From Centroscyllium fabricii (Eukaryota): a stretch of 64,000 nt of DNA. The notes under the pieces are model-generated. The model saw only the letters and a list, made by a program, of their open reading frames with translations, was not told the origin of the DNA and made no database searches. Location of the stretch: positions 65,348,001-65,412,000 of the forward strand of contig JBNRSN020000014.1 in the NCBI GenBank assembly GCA_051313645.2, read 5' to 3'. A program made the translations under genes and the position numbers. Below are positions 61,700-64,000 of this stretch, in pieces (the stretch's first letter is position 1; the number at the start of each line of letters is the position of its first letter).

Positions 61700-62580
61700 C
61701 CAGGCATCTGAAGCGCATCTTCAGCAAGCCGATGGTTTGCTCAATAATGGATCTGGTGGAAATGTGGCTGGAGTTGTAGCACTCCTCAGCTTCGTTGGTT
61801 GGCCTCCTCAACAGCATCATTAGTCAAGTCCTCAGGGGATATCACTTGTCTCCAAGTAGCCACGGTACTTGGCACAAACATGCAAAATCTTCTTCTTGTG
61901 GTCACACACCAGCTGAACGTTAAGGGAGTGGAAGCCCTTGCAGTTGACAAAAACACCTGGACTGCGATGGGGTGCCTAAGGGCCACATGTGTGCAGTCAA
62001 TGGCGCCCTGTACCCTTGGAAAGTCTGCCAGATTAGCTAATAATAATTCAACTTTTATTGTCGTTATACAATGTACAAGTACATGAATAACGAAATGTGA
62101 CCTTGCAAGCTCCCAAGAGTCCAGCAAAGCTGCTGCGTCTGTGCGCGCCGCCATTCCATCTTTCCATCATTCCGACAATCTTCAGCCAACCGCCCCTCCC
62201 CGGGCTCCTTTCGTGACCTTCTGCACCTGGTATTCCCCCATCCAAGTACTAACCAGGCCTGGCCCTGCTTAGCTTCCATGCCTTGCCAGTGACCCTGTCC
62301 CTAGTCCCAGGAACAGGGCTAGTCCCAGGAATAGGGATCTAACTGCTCGCACCCTCACACTTGCGCAATCCTTGATGAAGTGGATGTGATTGTGCGCGTG
62401 GGAAAAGAGGGCATCGGTTAGCTGCGTGATGCAAGTGTGTGCGGCCGCCTGGGAAATGCCGCTGATGTCTGCTGCTGATCCCTGGAATGAGCCTGAGGCA
62501 AAAAAGTTAAGTGCGGTGGTGCCTTTGATGGCCACTAGTAAGGTGTGTCCACCTGGTGCGCTGGGCTCCAGGATTTGCTG
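61700..62580 (-). pseudogene. Harbinger DDE nuclease fragment, interrupted
   Basis: ALNFFASGSFQGSAADISGISQ; FPRVQGAIDCTHVAL; region upstream of the 60141 Myb copy's convergent partner position. Confidence 0.82.
62038..62340 (-). mobile_element. Short insertion with 5S rRNA-derived internal promoter (SINE3-like)
   Basis: Minus strand 62277-62223 GGAAGCTAAGCAGGGCCAGGCCTGGTTAGTACTTGGATGGGGGAATACCAGGTGC matches the 5S internal control region; tail ACAATAAAAGTTGAA(TTA)n. Confidence 0.7.
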
Positions 62581-64000
62581 TAGCATTCCCCGTATCTACC
62601 CTATTGAACCCTTTTAAAATTTTCAACACTTTGTTCAGATCATTCCTAAACCTTCTACACTCAAGGGAATACAAGACAGGTTTATGCGATCTGTCCTCAA
62701 AGCCTTGGGATCATTCAGAAAGGATAGCTGAATACAGTGATAGCAGAAGACTGGTAAAACACTGGATTGCATATTGGTTTGTAGGTTTGAATGTTGGTCT
62801 GCACAAAGACTCAAATAGATGACCACAGCATTGTGAAACCAACACTTGATGGCTACACTACCAGGTTCCTGTGGGTAACTGCATATTTAGATCAAAGCAA
62901 CAATAATCTACTGTTACAGAAACAAGCTGGTTGTGCCAGAGGAAGAAGTATGTGCATTTATTATAAAATATACTGGAGCTCAATGATTATATTTTGAGTC
63001 AGAGACTCCCCGACTTTCTTTTATTTGCCTCAGTTATAATGAGTTTTGTTAGTTCTTGACAGAATCTTGTTCCACCTGAGGTAAAAGGGCAAGGGACAGG
63101 AGGGTCAGTAAATACTGCCCATCTATCCTCACTGCACGTGCACATCAGCTGCCATTGGATAAACATTGTTTCATTGCAATTAAATAACTGCAGAGAAATA
63201 ACATGTATTTCAATATGGCCTTGCCATGTCCGCAGGTCATCCCAAAGTGCTTGGCAACAGGACTTCGATTTACTCCACAATTATACGCAGCTGATCGCTG
63301 CCTTAAGCTGGACATATTCCTTCTGCTGGTTTCAAAAAGTAACATAACATTTAATTTTGTTGTTTAGCTATGAAAACTATATATATGTGTTGACCCATAA
63401 TTCCTTTTATAGTGTCATTTACTTTGAACTTTCGACAGTAGCATTCCCTATCTTCTACTGCACGCAAAAAGAGGCTCGCATAAATATTGAACAGCAACTT
63501 AGCAGTTTAGAATGGACACTTGTAGAGAGATTTAAAGCTACGCTTTGATGAGATTTTCAACCCCCCTGGGTAACAGACAATCTTTCTCATGTAACAGTTT
63601 AGTAGCAGCATGGTCTAATGAAGATGAAAGAATGATGCTACTTTTCTTCAAGCTCCTAAAATAAAATGCCCTTCAATTTATCACCAAAAATTAATAATTC
63701 CCTTTATTGATATGCTGGAAAAGTTTGCCGGGAAAGAATTTGCATGATGAGATTTTTTGTGTGCGCGTAACCTTTCATAGGTTGCTCACATTATTCTTGA
63801 AGCACCTGAATTTGATACTTGATCCCTTTCGAGAGCCATTCAAATACCATGCATGCAGCCATTGTTTATGGGCTATTAGAATGAGCAGCCAAAGCAATGT
63901 TTGAGATATCTGAGGGTACAGTTTAACATATTCTATTAAAGGATAAGTGTGGTTACTGCAGCCTGTCATAATCATATTATGTACAATATTACACGGGGAC

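Noticed and set aside
62223-62277. 5S rRNA gene
   Set aside because: Only an internal fragment with a deletion and no T-run terminator.

Overview
Eukaryotic, repeat-dominated DNA with no recognisable host protein-coding exon. The repeat set (DeuSINE- and LF-SINE-like SINEs, CR1 LINEs, Penelope, RTE, L2, Tx1/L1, spliced Harbinger Myb/SANT plus nuclease elements, Gypsy) suggests an intron or intergenic region of a cartilaginous fish (inference). The window is a deep nest of transposons: a CsRn1-type Gypsy (8384-15389) carrying a CR1 that carries a solo LTR; a near-intact Mag-type Gypsy (30598-35415) and about ten related LTR copies; a nested and partly duplicated Gypsy cluster (41296-49208); several Harbinger elements and MITEs; and Tigger/pogo-type MITEs. 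Two observations stand out. (1) The Mag-type family has no tRNA primer-binding site; instead a perfect 14-nt complement of its own LTR poly(A)-signal segment sits at the PBS position, with four compensatory substitutions between two subfamilies, suggesting self-priming and/or poly(A)-site occlusion. (2) Two copies of a Harbinger Myb gene have introns about 93-95% identical but exons 1-2 only about 76-78% identical, with the switch at the splice sites. Identities were counted by eye and family names come from motif recognition, not database searches.
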